From Conidiobolus incongruus B7586 (taxonomy: Eukaryota), in NCBI GenBank assembly GCA_000697335.1, contig JNEM01010315.1, positions 1 through 41,248 on the forward strand: a stretch of DNA of 41,248 bases. The letters run 5' to 3'. Within the stretch, counting starts at the first letter, position 1, and each line of letters starts with the position of its first letter. The position numbers and the translations under genes were made by a program. Below the pieces are notes generated by a model. The model did no database searches and was not told the DNA's origin. It saw only the letters and a list, made by a program, of their open reading frames with translations. Of the stretch, positions 12,356 to 24,406 are shown piece by piece.

Positions 12356-14367
12356 AATAAATGGACGAATATATTTCATTTCGCTCAAATCTTCTAGATG
12401 TTTATTCATCACTTGAATTTTATATAAAATCCAAAAATTTGTGCGACTCTAACACCTCTCCTTTTGTATCCTTCCTGCTCACATCGAGATTGTTTATATA
12501 CTTTATAAACTAATCCAATCATATTTACACCCTTTCTTCTTTTTTATACTTTTAATCTATTTTCTACTCTTCCCAACATTATTTAATCTTGTTATTATTT
12601 TGTAATTCGTGTCCTTTGCCTGTTGGTTTATATGTTTTTGTTCTAATTTTCATCATCAATATCTTGATTATTAATTCTCTAATTTATCCTGGATTCATTG
12701 AATTAACGCTGTTTCTTTAGTGTACACATCACCAACCCATGGTTTTAAGTTATTATTTATTTATATGTTAATGACCACACTAATCAAATACAAAAATTCA
12801 AAATAAACACTTTAGAAACAACTACACACTAATTGATGTTATTTGATGTTAACAATAATTATATAAATATTACTAATTTAAATATATATATCAAATGATT
12901 TGATTCATTATTTTGCTATTCATTCAATATTAATTATAATTTAAATATCAAAATATACTTAATATAACATGAAATATAATCATACCTTGAATATTCATTA
13001 TAATATATTTTATCATATAGCAATTATTTGAATCAAACTTCATGTTTGGAATATATCTATAACAATGTTCACAATAAATTAGTTTTGCAATTATGTCATC
13101 ATCTATCATATGATTTGATCTCTAAATCATATTGACGTATATTTGCGTCAATATCAATTTCCTTAAACTTTGAGCAATCATGAGCTTTTGATGATTACTT
13201 CAATTGAACTGATTCTAACTGCACATACTCTTGTTCTTCATCTTTATATTTGTATTTGTTTGATTGATGGTATTTCTTTATTTTGCTTGTTATCGTTCTG
13301 AAACCGCGACATTATTCTTGTATGATTTTCGCAGTTTGTTGTGTAAAAATTGACCTAGGGTGTTGAGTTTGAAAAAGCGAACAATATTTCATAGATGTAA
13401 TTTTAGCCCTAGTTTTTAGAATTGAAAATATGTTAAAAAATAATGTACTCGAAATTTCATCTGTTTATCAAAAGTCAAATATAGTGGCGTGTTTCGACCT
13501 TTTTTTAATAATATGAAACATTGGGTAAATATTAGTCAGATATGATTGCAGCTGTGTACATCCTAAATTTTTTTAACTTTGAAAATAAGCATTTTCTGCA
13601 ATAATATCCTACAGTTTGACTGAGATGACTGAATATATAGATTACTATTACAATATTCGTGATATTTGTTCAAGAAATCATTCTGTTTTTGTGCATTTTT
13701 TGTAGTTCAAATTCAGGTTGTATTAGGTTATAATTGCAATATCTCATATGTTTGGTGAGATATAAACCTTATATGACAGATTTATATACCATAGAGGATA
13801 ACCTAATTGTTCAAACTTTTATTCATTAAATTCATCTTTCTAATTTCCACTATAAATTTTTTGTAAATCTATATTGTGTCAATAAACTTAAAGCCAAAAC
13901 GTGTGGCAGTATGGAATAGTTTTTTATTTATAATTCTCTACTACTAAATATTAGGCTTGATAGAGAATACATTTTAAAAACATATTGCTTCATGTGGCTT
14001 AGCACATATAATTATAATAAATATTAAGTAATCTAAAATAGTGTTAATTTGTATTCCTTATATTTCTTTATACTTATACCTTGATTTTATTTTATTATTA
14101 TAGATTTAATTTTAAAATTTTATCAACAATAATCAAAAGATTTCATTTTCCAATAACTACTCATCAATTGAATCTATATTGTTATCCTATACTTTAAATA
14201 TTCATTAAATAATAATTGCTATACATAATGAAAAATTTCAATCAAATTCTGTGATATTTATTTTGAAATTGAAATATATATTATGTACCTTATTGCATGA
14301 AAATATAATTATTTTTAAAACTTCAATAAATATTAAATTTAAGACTTGTTAAATAGTTTGATATTAG

Positions 14368-14390
14368 ATAATAATAATAATAATAATAAT
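14368..14390. repeat. (AAT)n microsatellite
   Basis: About 7-8 tandem ATA/AAT units. Confidence 0.7.
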
Positions 14391-14943
14391 TTGGTTATAA
14401 CCATATTCTTAATTGAATGAAAAAATTGGAATATCAAGATCTTGTCCTTCCATTTATTTTTTATACAATTAAAAAATTAACAAAAATAACATCTAAAAAT
14501 AATATTCATTTAATATTATATCAATATATAAATTTTGATTAATAAATGAATAATTTGTATTCAATATAATTAATTAATTATTGTGTATTTTGTTTTGAAA
14601 TAAAAATAATGTCTCTTAAATTGAATTCTATTTTCCTTGTTAAATAATGTGATTTAAATGAAATATCTTATTATATTTTATATATTCAACTAATTTCATT
14701 ATGGCTTATATTCTAATTTAAAAAAATCTGAATTAAAACTCATATCTAAATATTTACTTTGTTGCAAACGAACTACAATATTTTTAAATATATAAAATAA
14801 CGAAATCAATTAAAACTGAAATAACATAAAATAAATTAATATTAAATCAAAATGATTAATTTGGATAATTATGAAAATTTTAATAATAAAAATGAGTTTA
14901 AATATGAATCAGTTAAAAATAATTCATAATATTACACACTCTT

Positions 14944-15015
14944 CTCCGATACAGGGAATCGAACCCTGGCCGTCTCGGTGAAAGCGAGAAATCCTAACCA
15001 CTGGACCATATCGGA
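14944..15015 (-). tRNA. tRNA-Glu(TTC) copy 1
   Basis: Reverse complement TCCGATATGGTCCAGTGGTTAGGATTTCTCGCTTTCACCGAGACGGCCAGGGTTCGATTCCCTGTATCGGAG. Cloverleaf with anticodon stem TCTCG/CGAGA, loop CTTTCAC and T-loop GTTCGA; no intron. Confidence 0.97.
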
Positions 15016-15024
15016 TTAATTGTT

Positions 15025-15303
15025 TGTAACAAATCTGACCTCATTTCTCCTAAACCTCATATGCATATTACCATCTCAATACTTGTATTATTGTATAAAT
15101 ACCATCTTTGATACAATAACTAAGCTTGACTTGTTATTGTCTGCAATATCCACAATACACCTTATGCTTGTTCTTATCATATTTCTGTTTATTAGTAGTT
15201 TACCTCCTGATGTACAATACAATTTTAGTTGCGCAGGTTATGGATTGGTGACAACTCCTGATAGATTACGATTTCAGTAGTAATGCCACTGAGAGCTGTG
15301 ACA
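15025..15303. mobile_element. Solo LTR A (279 bp) with 5-bp target-site duplication
   Basis: Ends TGTAAC...GTGACA, with TTGTT on both sides (15020-15024 and 15304-15308). Internal TATAAATA; higher GC than the flanks. Confidence 0.85.
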
Positions 15304-16053
15304 TTGTTTAAATTTTAAATAATTTAATTTTCTATATAATCATTATATCTCTAATTTTTATAAAAATTATTAATATTCTCTTATTTTTCATATTGCATTT
15401 CTCTTTTTTGACTTTCCTTAATTTATTATTATTTGATTTCATATGTATATTTTTGTTTTTTCATTAAATATATTTATTATTGATTTATTTATCAATTTTT
15501 GATCATTTTAGCCTTTTATATATAACTAACGATCCGGTTTATGTTACTCTTTTTTTGGTAGATTAAAAAAATATTTTTAACAACATTATATATGAATTAT
15601 ATGATATGGTTTTAAAAAATATTTATATTTAACAAAATAACTATTTTGCCAAATTTCAAGTTTGTCAATTTGTTTTATAGATAAATTTAAAAAATATTTT
15701 AATTTTAATTCTTTTTTTAATATTCAATTTATAATTATAGAAAAACGATGCCAGTATATTATATAATTCATCTTAATAATAACACCTTTCCATTCTTATA
15801 ATGTTTTGATTGATTGTTAATCCCACAATATCTCTCTCATCATATATTCGGTAATAAATTGGAAATACCTTCCTGCCCAAATTAGAACAGTTAATAATAA
15901 ACACATTAAATTTTATTTTTAATACTTTAAGACAATTTTTTATATTAAATCTATTATATATCTTTATTTTTATAATTATATTTTTGAAAAAAATTTCTGT
16001 TCTATAATATCAGTGTATTATCAATACTTTTGAAATCTAACAATTATACTATA

Positions 16054-17655
16054 ATGGGAATTGCCGGTTTATTACCGTTCATCAAGCCAATAACCAAGAA
16101 CATCCACATTAAGGAGTACAGTGGCCATATATTGGGGATTGACGCATTTATTCTACTACACAGAGCCAGTTTGATCGAGGACGACTTCGACACCAATTCC
16201 GGGAAGTACAAACTGAGGCAATACTTCGTCAAATGGCTGGATATGTTTGACCACTTTGGAGTGAGACCGTACTTCGTTTTGGACGGATCCGCTTTACCCA
16301 GTAAGGAGGTGACGAATGAAGCGCGTAAAAAGTAGGTTTATTAAGAAATTTTTAATTGTTATATTTTATTGAATGGTTGTTAGAGCAAGAACCGCTCTGA
16401 AAGAATCCGCGGACGCTTTGATAAAGCAGGGCAGGATTGACGAAGCTAACGAAGCTTTGCGCAAAAGCCGTGGTGTCACACCCATCATGATTCGGGTCCT
16501 GTTAGCACTTTTGAAGCAAAGCGATATCCCATTCATCGTAGCTCCATTTGAGGCAGATGCCCAATTAGCTTATCTAGCTCGGGAAAAGATCGTCGCGGGT
16601 GTAGTGACGGAGGATAGCGATCTCATTGTCTTCGGATGTCCCACAGTAATCTTCAAGCTGGACCAGATGGGTAACGGCTCTAGAGTACGATCGGACGATT
16701 TATTCAAGAATCAACAGTCCCCATTCTTCGGCATGGATTTGGAGCGTTTGCGCCACGTGAGTATCCTATCAGGCTGTGACTATCTTCCCAATATCCCCAG
16801 CATCGGTCTCAAAACCAGCTACAAAATGTTTCAGCGGCATGTCACCATCCAAAAAGTGCGCGAATTCATCGAAACCAAGCGCAAGTATGTCATTCCCCCC
16901 AACTATTGGATGTATTTTGATATGGCTAATCAGACGTTCCTATACCAGAAGGTTTATTGTCCACTCACTACAGCCCTCAAAAATCTCAATCCAATCCCAG
17001 ATAATTTGGAATGTCTCGAGTATTTAAAATTATCCACCGTTAAAAACTCCGAAGAATCTCACAAGTTCAAAATGATAATCAGTGGGAAATGGTGTCCCAA
17101 AACATTAATGCCCTATGACGCTCTCGACACCACCAATGCGGCAAATCCTCTATTACGAGTGACAACTAACGGTATTAAACCCAACCATACGAAACCACCC
17201 AATTTATTCCATTATTTCGGTAATTATAAGCTAACCAAATCACTCAAACTGTTCAAATTAATTCGTTAAAATTTTCTAGAAAAATGTAATAAATGTACTA
17301 ATGACGATGGGAGTATATTTAAAAAATTATATAAATTGAAAGATATTAGAGAATCTCAAGGTAATCATTATGAAATATCATTATTATTTGATATTAATAA
17401 TTTATAGATACTGAAACAATTAAAGTGAATTCTAACCATATTAAATTGGTATCACCCTATTTTAATAAGCCCAATGATATTAATACTACCACCAATAACG
17501 GAAGTGATCAATCCAATATTAACAAAGAAAATGAAAAAACTAACACCACTAAAAAAATTTTATCTCCGTATTTTTCAAAATCCATATCCAATGACAACAA
17601 TGTGACAATATCTTTACAATTCAAATCTTCAAAGAGAGGCTTAGATCACGAATAG
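16054..17655 (+). CDS. EXO1: Exonuclease 1 (XPG/Rad2 family 5'-3' exonuclease), about 480 aa, 4 exons
   Basis: Exons 16054-16331, 16384-17219, 17280-17360 and 17408-17655 keep frame. Motifs MGIAGLLPFIK, GIDAFILLHR, VLDGSALPSK, APFEADAQLAYL, TEDSDLIVFG, LSGCDYLPNIPSIGLKT and FLYQKVYCP are typical of the Exo1 subfamily. Confidence 0.93.
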
Positions 17656-17679
17656 GCATTTGAAATAATTTTATTGAAT

Positions 17680-20174
17680 TTAGTTATTAACCTCTTCATC
17701 TACAGATTTGTAGACTAAGGAATGCCAAGTGGTAAAGAAAACCAACAAATGCAATAATACAATATAGCCCAGTAGTCCAAATCGGGTGTATCTATTCATC
17801 GTTAGGAGTTTTGTCAAATTAAGGACCAATCTATCTACTGGATGTAGCTGACGATAACGTTTAATCTGTTCCCTTTGATGGAACTCCTGAAATGGATTAT
17901 TTTTCAATTCGTACTCCTTTTCGTACTTTTGTTGGATATTGTGTGTTGTAGTCATTTCTATTACCGTGTCTCTTGAAGTGCTATTCAATCGCTAATTATG
18001 GATTAACAATTTATAAAGAATGTTAATGAATATATTTACATTGCTGACATTAGTTCCAGAATTAAACTGATTTTGATACTTAAGTTTTTCGAAAAGTTTG
18101 AGATTTTCAAATTTGAGTTGATTGAGCTCTAAATCGAGGTCTTTGAGCTTTTCTTGAGTTTGATTCAATTCCTAATTATGGGTTAGTAGTGAATGGTTAA
18201 ATTTTTAGATAATGTTACTTCTTCGAGTTCTAGGTTACGATTCCTAAATCTATCCCTTTGGCCCGTGATAATCGTTACGAGTTGATTGTCATTGGATTTA
18301 GTAATATCGGATGATAATGGATCGGAAGCCTAAAAATAAATTAATAAACAAATATCATTGATTATTAATCAATTTACATTGTTAGCGCCATTCCCACCAC
18401 CGGTATTGGATTGCGCTAAAAGATCTGCCTCCAACTTTCTTATCAATTCGGATTTGGTCTTTAATTCTAATTGGTTAGCTTGTTGCAAAGTTTCCAACTG
18501 TTTAAGTTTGGAATCCAACTCATTCAACGTGTGCTTCACTTGCGTTAATTCTGTCTGCAGCTGAGTGTTCTTGGATTTAAGGTTTGTCATTAAATCAAAT
18601 TGATCACGATCTTCGGTGATAGTCGTGCCGTTTTGCAAAATTTCTGGAAATTCTACACTCTTTGGAGGATATTAGTTGTTAGTTTGAATTTAAATATATT
18701 GAATACCTTAAGGACATTCAATTCCATTTGAATTTGGTTGTAGTCTTTCATTTTATTTAATTTGGATTCTAATTCTTCTCGTTTAGATTTCTATTTTATA
18801 TATTACTTAACGAATATTATTTTTATGAATAATTGGAGTTACTTCAGTGTCTAATTGATCTTTCAATTTTTTCAACTCGGAATGGAAGTTAGATTCCCTC
18901 GTACTATGATTGAATTGTAGGTTTTTTATCTCTTTTACTAGCTTGTTTATCTCTTCCTAAAAACTAATGAATAATGAATTTGATTAAACATTGTATTCGA
19001 TTTACCTCTTGCTCTTCAATTTGATTTTTCAAAGTTTCAGACTGGTTCAAAGCTTCAGGATCGATAGGAGTATTGGGGTCTTGTTTCAGTTGTTGGATAG
19101 TAGTGGTCAGTTCTTTATTTTCATCCTTCAACTTAGCAATTTTCAATTGGTATTGGTCATTCTGCTCCTTAATTAAGTTTAACTGATGCAACGTCAAATT
19201 GTAACGCTCAGCTAAATCATCAATTAATGACAAATTATATTAGTATAAAATAACAAATACATTCTTGTTCCTTCTGCTCCAATAGTTTAGCTTGACTCTG
19301 ATTAAAATTCTCCTTCAAATTAATTAAATAATCGTCACTCTCTTTAATTTGTTGTTTTAATAATTTTTCCCTTTCTTGAAAATTTTGAAATTTTATGGAG
19401 TATTCTTGTTGAATTTCGCTCTCTTTTTGATTGATTTGATCTTGAAGAGCAATGTCGAACTAAACACAAGTTAATGATGAAACAAATAAGATTAAAGTAA
19501 AATTACCGATTCTTGTAGCCCTTCCAACCCTTTGATCTTAAGCAACAATTCTTGATTCTCCTGTTTCATATCATTCAATTCCGCTTGAATGTCAATATTC
19601 ACATCCAATAACTGATCTTTCTGCATTTGCAGCTCTTTAAGCTTTCTCGAATTGATCTCCAATTCATTGCTCGCGTTAGAATACTGTTCCATAGCGAAAC
19701 TCAAAGCTTGCACCGGGTCTGGCAATTCATTCAGTTTTAGAACGGTGTCGAACCACGTGGTCTCGATGAATTTGCATCGTGATGTCAAGTTGTCGATTTC
19801 AGATTGGTAAGCTATAATTTTTTTATTAGTTATTAATATCCAATATATATTATTTTATCAAAAAATACACTTTAATAAATTTTTAATACTCGATAATTTT
19901 TCACTCTCTGATAATTTAATAAAATCTATATTCCATATTAACAACAAATATACAATTTAAATATTAATAAATATACTCTTCGTATTTTGAGCTAACTCCT
20001 TCCTAGTCGTCATAGATTGCTCTTGATATTCTTTAATCTTATCTTGAATACTGTCCCACTCGGTCTGTAGGTTGGTTAATCCTACGTCTATTAATTTTAT
20101 TAATATTATAATATATTATTAATTGGTTTGCATTTACTTTCCCATCTTTCTTTAATTATATTTAAAGTTTCCAT
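17680..20174 (-). CDS. COY1: Golgin CASP/Coy1 (CUX1/CASP N-terminus, coiled coil, C-terminal TM), about 12 exons
   Basis: N-terminal exons give METLNIIKERWENVGLTNLQTEWD...RKELAQNTKEF...AYQSEIDNLTSRCKFIE...LPDP. The C-terminal part has ITGQRDRFRNRNLELEE, ENLKLFEKLKY, NPFQEF and the TM RFGLLGYIVLLHLLVF with the conserved Y/H of CASP and golgin-84. Confidence 0.9.
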
Positions 20175-20636
20175 AATATTGATTAGTGTTTTTCAGTTTT
20201 GAAAGTCACATAATGTTTTGATGGATAATTCACTTAATTTGTAGATAATATTAGAGAATCCATTAGTATTATGGGATTAATTTAATTAACAGTTATGCAC
20301 ATTTGCTCTTTAAAATTGCTATTAATATGAATTTATAAATGATTTAAGAAAAAAAGAAAAATGTCTATTTTTAATTTATTAAATTGAGATATAAATTTAG
20401 AAAACCAATAAAAACATGTTTTAAAACATTTTTTGAAAGGATGTGAATCAGAATATTTATAAAGTTAAATAAAAATAAATTAAAGGTCTATTTAATTTTA
20501 ATAATGGAAATTACCAACTTGAATTTATATTGAATAAAATGATAGTAAACATCCAAAAATGAATAATAATGTTATTGATTGAAAATTGATGAATTTTTAA
20601 AAAATTGAAAAATAAAATATCTAATTCAGATGAGAG

Positions 20637-20708
20637 CTCCGATACAGGGAATCGAACCCTGGCCGTCTCGGTGAAAGCGAGAAATCCTAACCACTGGACC
20701 ATATCGGA
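20637..20708 (-). tRNA. tRNA-Glu(TTC) copy 2
   Basis: 72-nt sequence identical to copy 1. Confidence 0.97.
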
Positions 20709-20715
20709 CTTATCT

Positions 20716-21235
20716 TGTTCACCCGGTTATTAGTTCTTACAGCGCTATTGAGGACACCGACATAGTTATTGTGTAGGCCAGGTTGTGCAACATGGAACCT
20801 GCCAACTAGGGCAGACTACCGATGATTAACTCCCTGGCTATCCGGCCATGATCACTTTTAAACGGCGAGTTGAACAGAGCCACTAGACAAGTAGCAATAG
20901 TGGCGGTGCGAGGATTCGGCATGCTAAGGGGACAGAATCACAAAATATCAATAGGAACGAGTGTAGAGTGAATAATGGAGGCTGACTCGAGTGGAGCTAT
21001 AAGCGACTTCTTGAGTATACTAAGAGGGTGGTTTTTGGAAGCAGGGTAAAAGGTTTATTTGTAAAAAGAGAGAAAATCCTCTTTAAGATTAAGTGAAAAA
21101 TGTTGGCATGTATGCAACGACTGAGTAATAGTCAGGTCGCTCGGACATGAGGCTGTAGAATGTTAATATAGCCTAATTCGGTTGATCAGGGACTTGTTAG
21201 TGATTTAAAGTGAGTAGAGGTGTCAATCAGCAACA
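20716..21235. mobile_element. Probable solo LTR B (520 bp)
   Basis: Sharply bounded GC-rich island with TGTT...AACA ends. Flanks ATCT and ATTT could be an imperfect TSD. TATA-like element (about 21165) and AATAAA (about 21057) on the minus strand; no ORF. Confidence 0.65.
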
Positions 21236-21924
21236 ATTTTCACGCTTGTCGATTAAAATATTTAATAATAAATAATCATAAATTTAATATTATAAAATAA
21301 TGTTAGTTTATCACTTTACATAATATTTTTAATCCTATCTGAATATTTCTAATACTCTCTTTTTCTCGTGAATATAAAAATTTGATATTATTCATTCATC
21401 AATCCATACTTTTTTTGTAAATTACTTATTATAAATTATTTATTTTTAAAATTTAAGCACACTAATAGAAACCTCAACCTTTTATTAAATCAAAAATTAC
21501 AATATTAATTACATTAACACCCCATTCACATCAAAATTCTTATTATTCAACAAATTAATAATCCATTTTTAAATAATGTGGCTCCCCTCTCAGTATATTG
21601 GCACCTGACCAATTACAAATTTATTGAAAACATATTACAAACAAAATAATTCTATCATACTATAAATCAAGTAAATTAAATGAGATATTAATCATTTTGT
21701 CCAAAATCTCACAATAAGCTACTAGGAGGATCATAACAATCAAATTATCACAATTTGACTTATTATTTCATTTCCCATATAATTAAATTTTACAATTTTT
21801 AAATATAATAAAATTAATTGAATGATTATTTAATTTAATCCTCTTTTTTATTTATTCATTAAAAAATTTCATTATAATTATTTAAGATAATTAAATATAA
21901 TAATACAAATAACAATAATAATTA

Positions 21925-22860
21925 ATGGAATATGAATATGGAAATAATCGGTAACCTTAAAAAAGATTTTAAATATATGGTTTATTAATTTAATTTAGTA
22001 CTCGACATAGTATGAGTCGATTAGAATTAATTGAGAGTTTCGCTAATAGAGTAGTGTATTCCAAATATTATTCTATTTTATATATTATCACGAGCTGTTT
22101 GTGTTTAGTTACACTTATATTGGTAAGTAATATATATATATATAAATTTGTAATAAATTTCACTAATTGGAAATTGGGTTAATAGAGTATTGTTGAGACT
22201 GCTTGGTAATTTCCATCATAATGTTTATTGAATAATTTATCAATTTTTTAGTTCTTCCATTTTATTCTTTTGTTTAGAATTGGTTATAAACTTAATATTT
22301 ATAATTGAAGTTATATTTCAATTTATTATATTAAAAAAGGTACTTGATAGAAAATATATATAATAACAATATTATTAACGAGGAGTGTAGAATTTTTGGA
22401 AAAGTAAATGGAATGTCATCGATTTAATTTTATTAGTTTTAAGTTTAATCACTTTAATATTGCTTTTAAGTCATTGTACTATTAATATTAGTACTGAGTT
22501 TATCTTTGAGTTATGTATATTAATTTTGAGAAATTTATTCCAGTTTATTAGATTGTTGATCTTGTTGAGAAAGTAAGAGAATTAATTATTCAGTGATTTT
22601 TAGTATTAATGGCATTGATTATTAGGAATCAGAGACAGTTGAGTGTACAAAATAATACAATTGATTTTACTGGTTTGAGGTCTAATCGACGTCACATGAA
22701 TGCAAATAACGACGATATCGAATTGGGTGGCACTAACAGTCAGCTGCTGGGTGAAGCTGCCCCCATGGGTGAATATTCTCTCAATCAACTAACTACTTCA
22801 GAAGGCTTCGTTTTGGAAGATGACGAAGATGAAGAATTGCATATGTTGACTCACAAATAA
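21925..22860 (+). CDS. Stand-alone voltage-sensor-like (Ion_trans S1-S4) membrane protein, 224 aa, 6 exons
   Basis: Exons 21925-21950, 21999-22122, 22186-22205, 22252-22339, 22391-22572 and 22626-22860 are all GT..AG and in frame. S2 LELVINLIFIIEVIFQF, S2-S3 FWKSKWNVIDLILL and S4-like ILRNLFQFIRLLILLRK, followed by an acidic tail with no pore helices. Confidence 0.85.
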
Positions 22861-22917
22861 ATCATTTATCAAATATTAAAATTATCAATAATACGGTATT
22901 TATTAAATTGATAATAA

Positions 22918-23795
22918 TTATTTACCACTGGAAGTTTGACCAGTAACTCTTCTTTGTTTAACGTCCCAATTATAAACCCTAGCAATATCTAAAAAATCAA
23001 AGTTAAGGAATTTTACAATTATAATAAAAGTCTAAATTAAAATAAAAAATAATCATAACAATGTATGATATAAAAAGGATACTGACTTCCATTGTAGTAA
23101 TTTGACATTTTAAAAATTCACTATCTTCAGTTAACTGTTGTAAAGTAGTCTGGGCCGATTTTAATTTGGAACTCAATAATTCTTCAGCTTCTTCTAAAGT
23201 GTATTCTAACATCACATTAGCCTAGAAAATTGATTTAAATAAATCACAATTAATTAATTAGTATAGTACTTGGTCTTACACCTAACCAAATTCCCACTTT
23301 ATCTGTTTTGGGAATAGCAGCTTTCGCATATAAAGTATCATTTAATTCGTAATGAACGGTTAATTTACTTTCTTCTTCATCTTCAATATCCTAACCATAA
23401 AAAATACAATATCAGCAACATAAACCTATCTATGTTAAAAAATTTTCAATACTCTTTTAGTTTTCAATAATTCGATCATATCTAAACTCTTCTGAATTTC
23501 AGGAATTTTTTCTTTAATGGACTTTTTGCGACTGTTAACAGAATTTTCCATAAAACGATATTTACTGATTTCAAATATATATAAATCAAATATTATATAA
23601 GATTTTATATTATACAATACCTGACAGTTTCTGTAAATCTTTTTAAAACAACTTGAACAGTTTCCTCTCCGTGGACATATTCTTCAACTTGATTCTTTCA
23701 ATTATTAGTCATTTTTCTTTGAAAGTATTGGATTAACTTACGACAAATGGAGCAGCCGGAATACCTCTGGGATTTTTTTTAACAATATCAGTCAT
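22918..23795 (-). CDS. PAC10: Prefoldin subunit 3 (VBP1/Pac10), 6 exons
   Basis: MTDIVKKNPRGIPAAPFV...SKYRFME...KIPEIQKSLDM...HYELNDTLYAKA...VGIWLGANVMLEYTLEEAEELL...QITTMEV-IARVYNWDVKQRR. Confidence 0.95.
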
Positions 23796-24334
23796 TTTAT
23801 TTTATAATTATTTTAAACTTATTATTCAATGAAATTTATAATTTAATCATAATAATCGAATTATTTTTAAATTATTGTGTGGGATTAAATTTAATAGTTA
23901 AATTTTTATGGGATGATTCTGTTATAAATATTATTAAATATTAAATTATTAAATTATTAAATTAATGTCAAAATTTTTTTTTATTATTTTTAAAGATTTT
24001 TTTTTAAAATATTAAAAAGTTAAAATATAAACAGATTAAAATGATGTAATCATATAACAGAATATTTAAAATAATATATATCTTATTAAAAATTATAGAT
24101 TAGAGAATAATAGATTAAATTAATAATAGATAATATATAATCAAGATATAAAAAGGTTATATGTGTATAGTCACAATAAAGGAATAGAGTGAAGTAAATA
24201 GAGATAAAAATTGAAATTAATTTAAAATTGAAACTATAATTTATAAATTATTCAATTTAAATATGTAGAATTAAATTGCAGTAATTTCATTATTAAATTA
24301 ATTTTCAAGTCGTATTTTTTGGAAATATAATCAA

Positions 24335-24406
24335 TCCGATATGGTCCAGTGGTTAGGATTTCTCGCTTTCACCGAGACGGCCAGGGTTCGATTCCCTGTA
24401 TCGGAG
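24335..24406 (+). tRNA. tRNA-Glu(TTC) copy 3
   Basis: Identical 72-nt sequence followed by a TTTTT Pol III terminator. Confidence 0.97.

Noticed and set aside
15020..15280. 86-aa hydrophobic ORF
   Set aside because: Non-ATG start and coincides with solo LTR A, which is defined by TG..CA ends and a TSD.
16044..19176. ORFs 16044-16232, 16776-17027, 18358-18564 and 18991-19176
   Set aside because: Shadow frames of EXO1 and COY1 exons.
20511..20702. 63-aa ORF MVQWLGFLAFT...
   Set aside because: It is a translation of the tRNA-Glu gene and its flank.
20716..21235. GC island as SRP, RNase P/MRP or U3 RNA
   Set aside because: Some hairpins are present, but I found no conserved SRP helix-8 or RNase P CR motifs. 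TG..CA ends and the position matching LTR A favour an LTR; not formally excluded.
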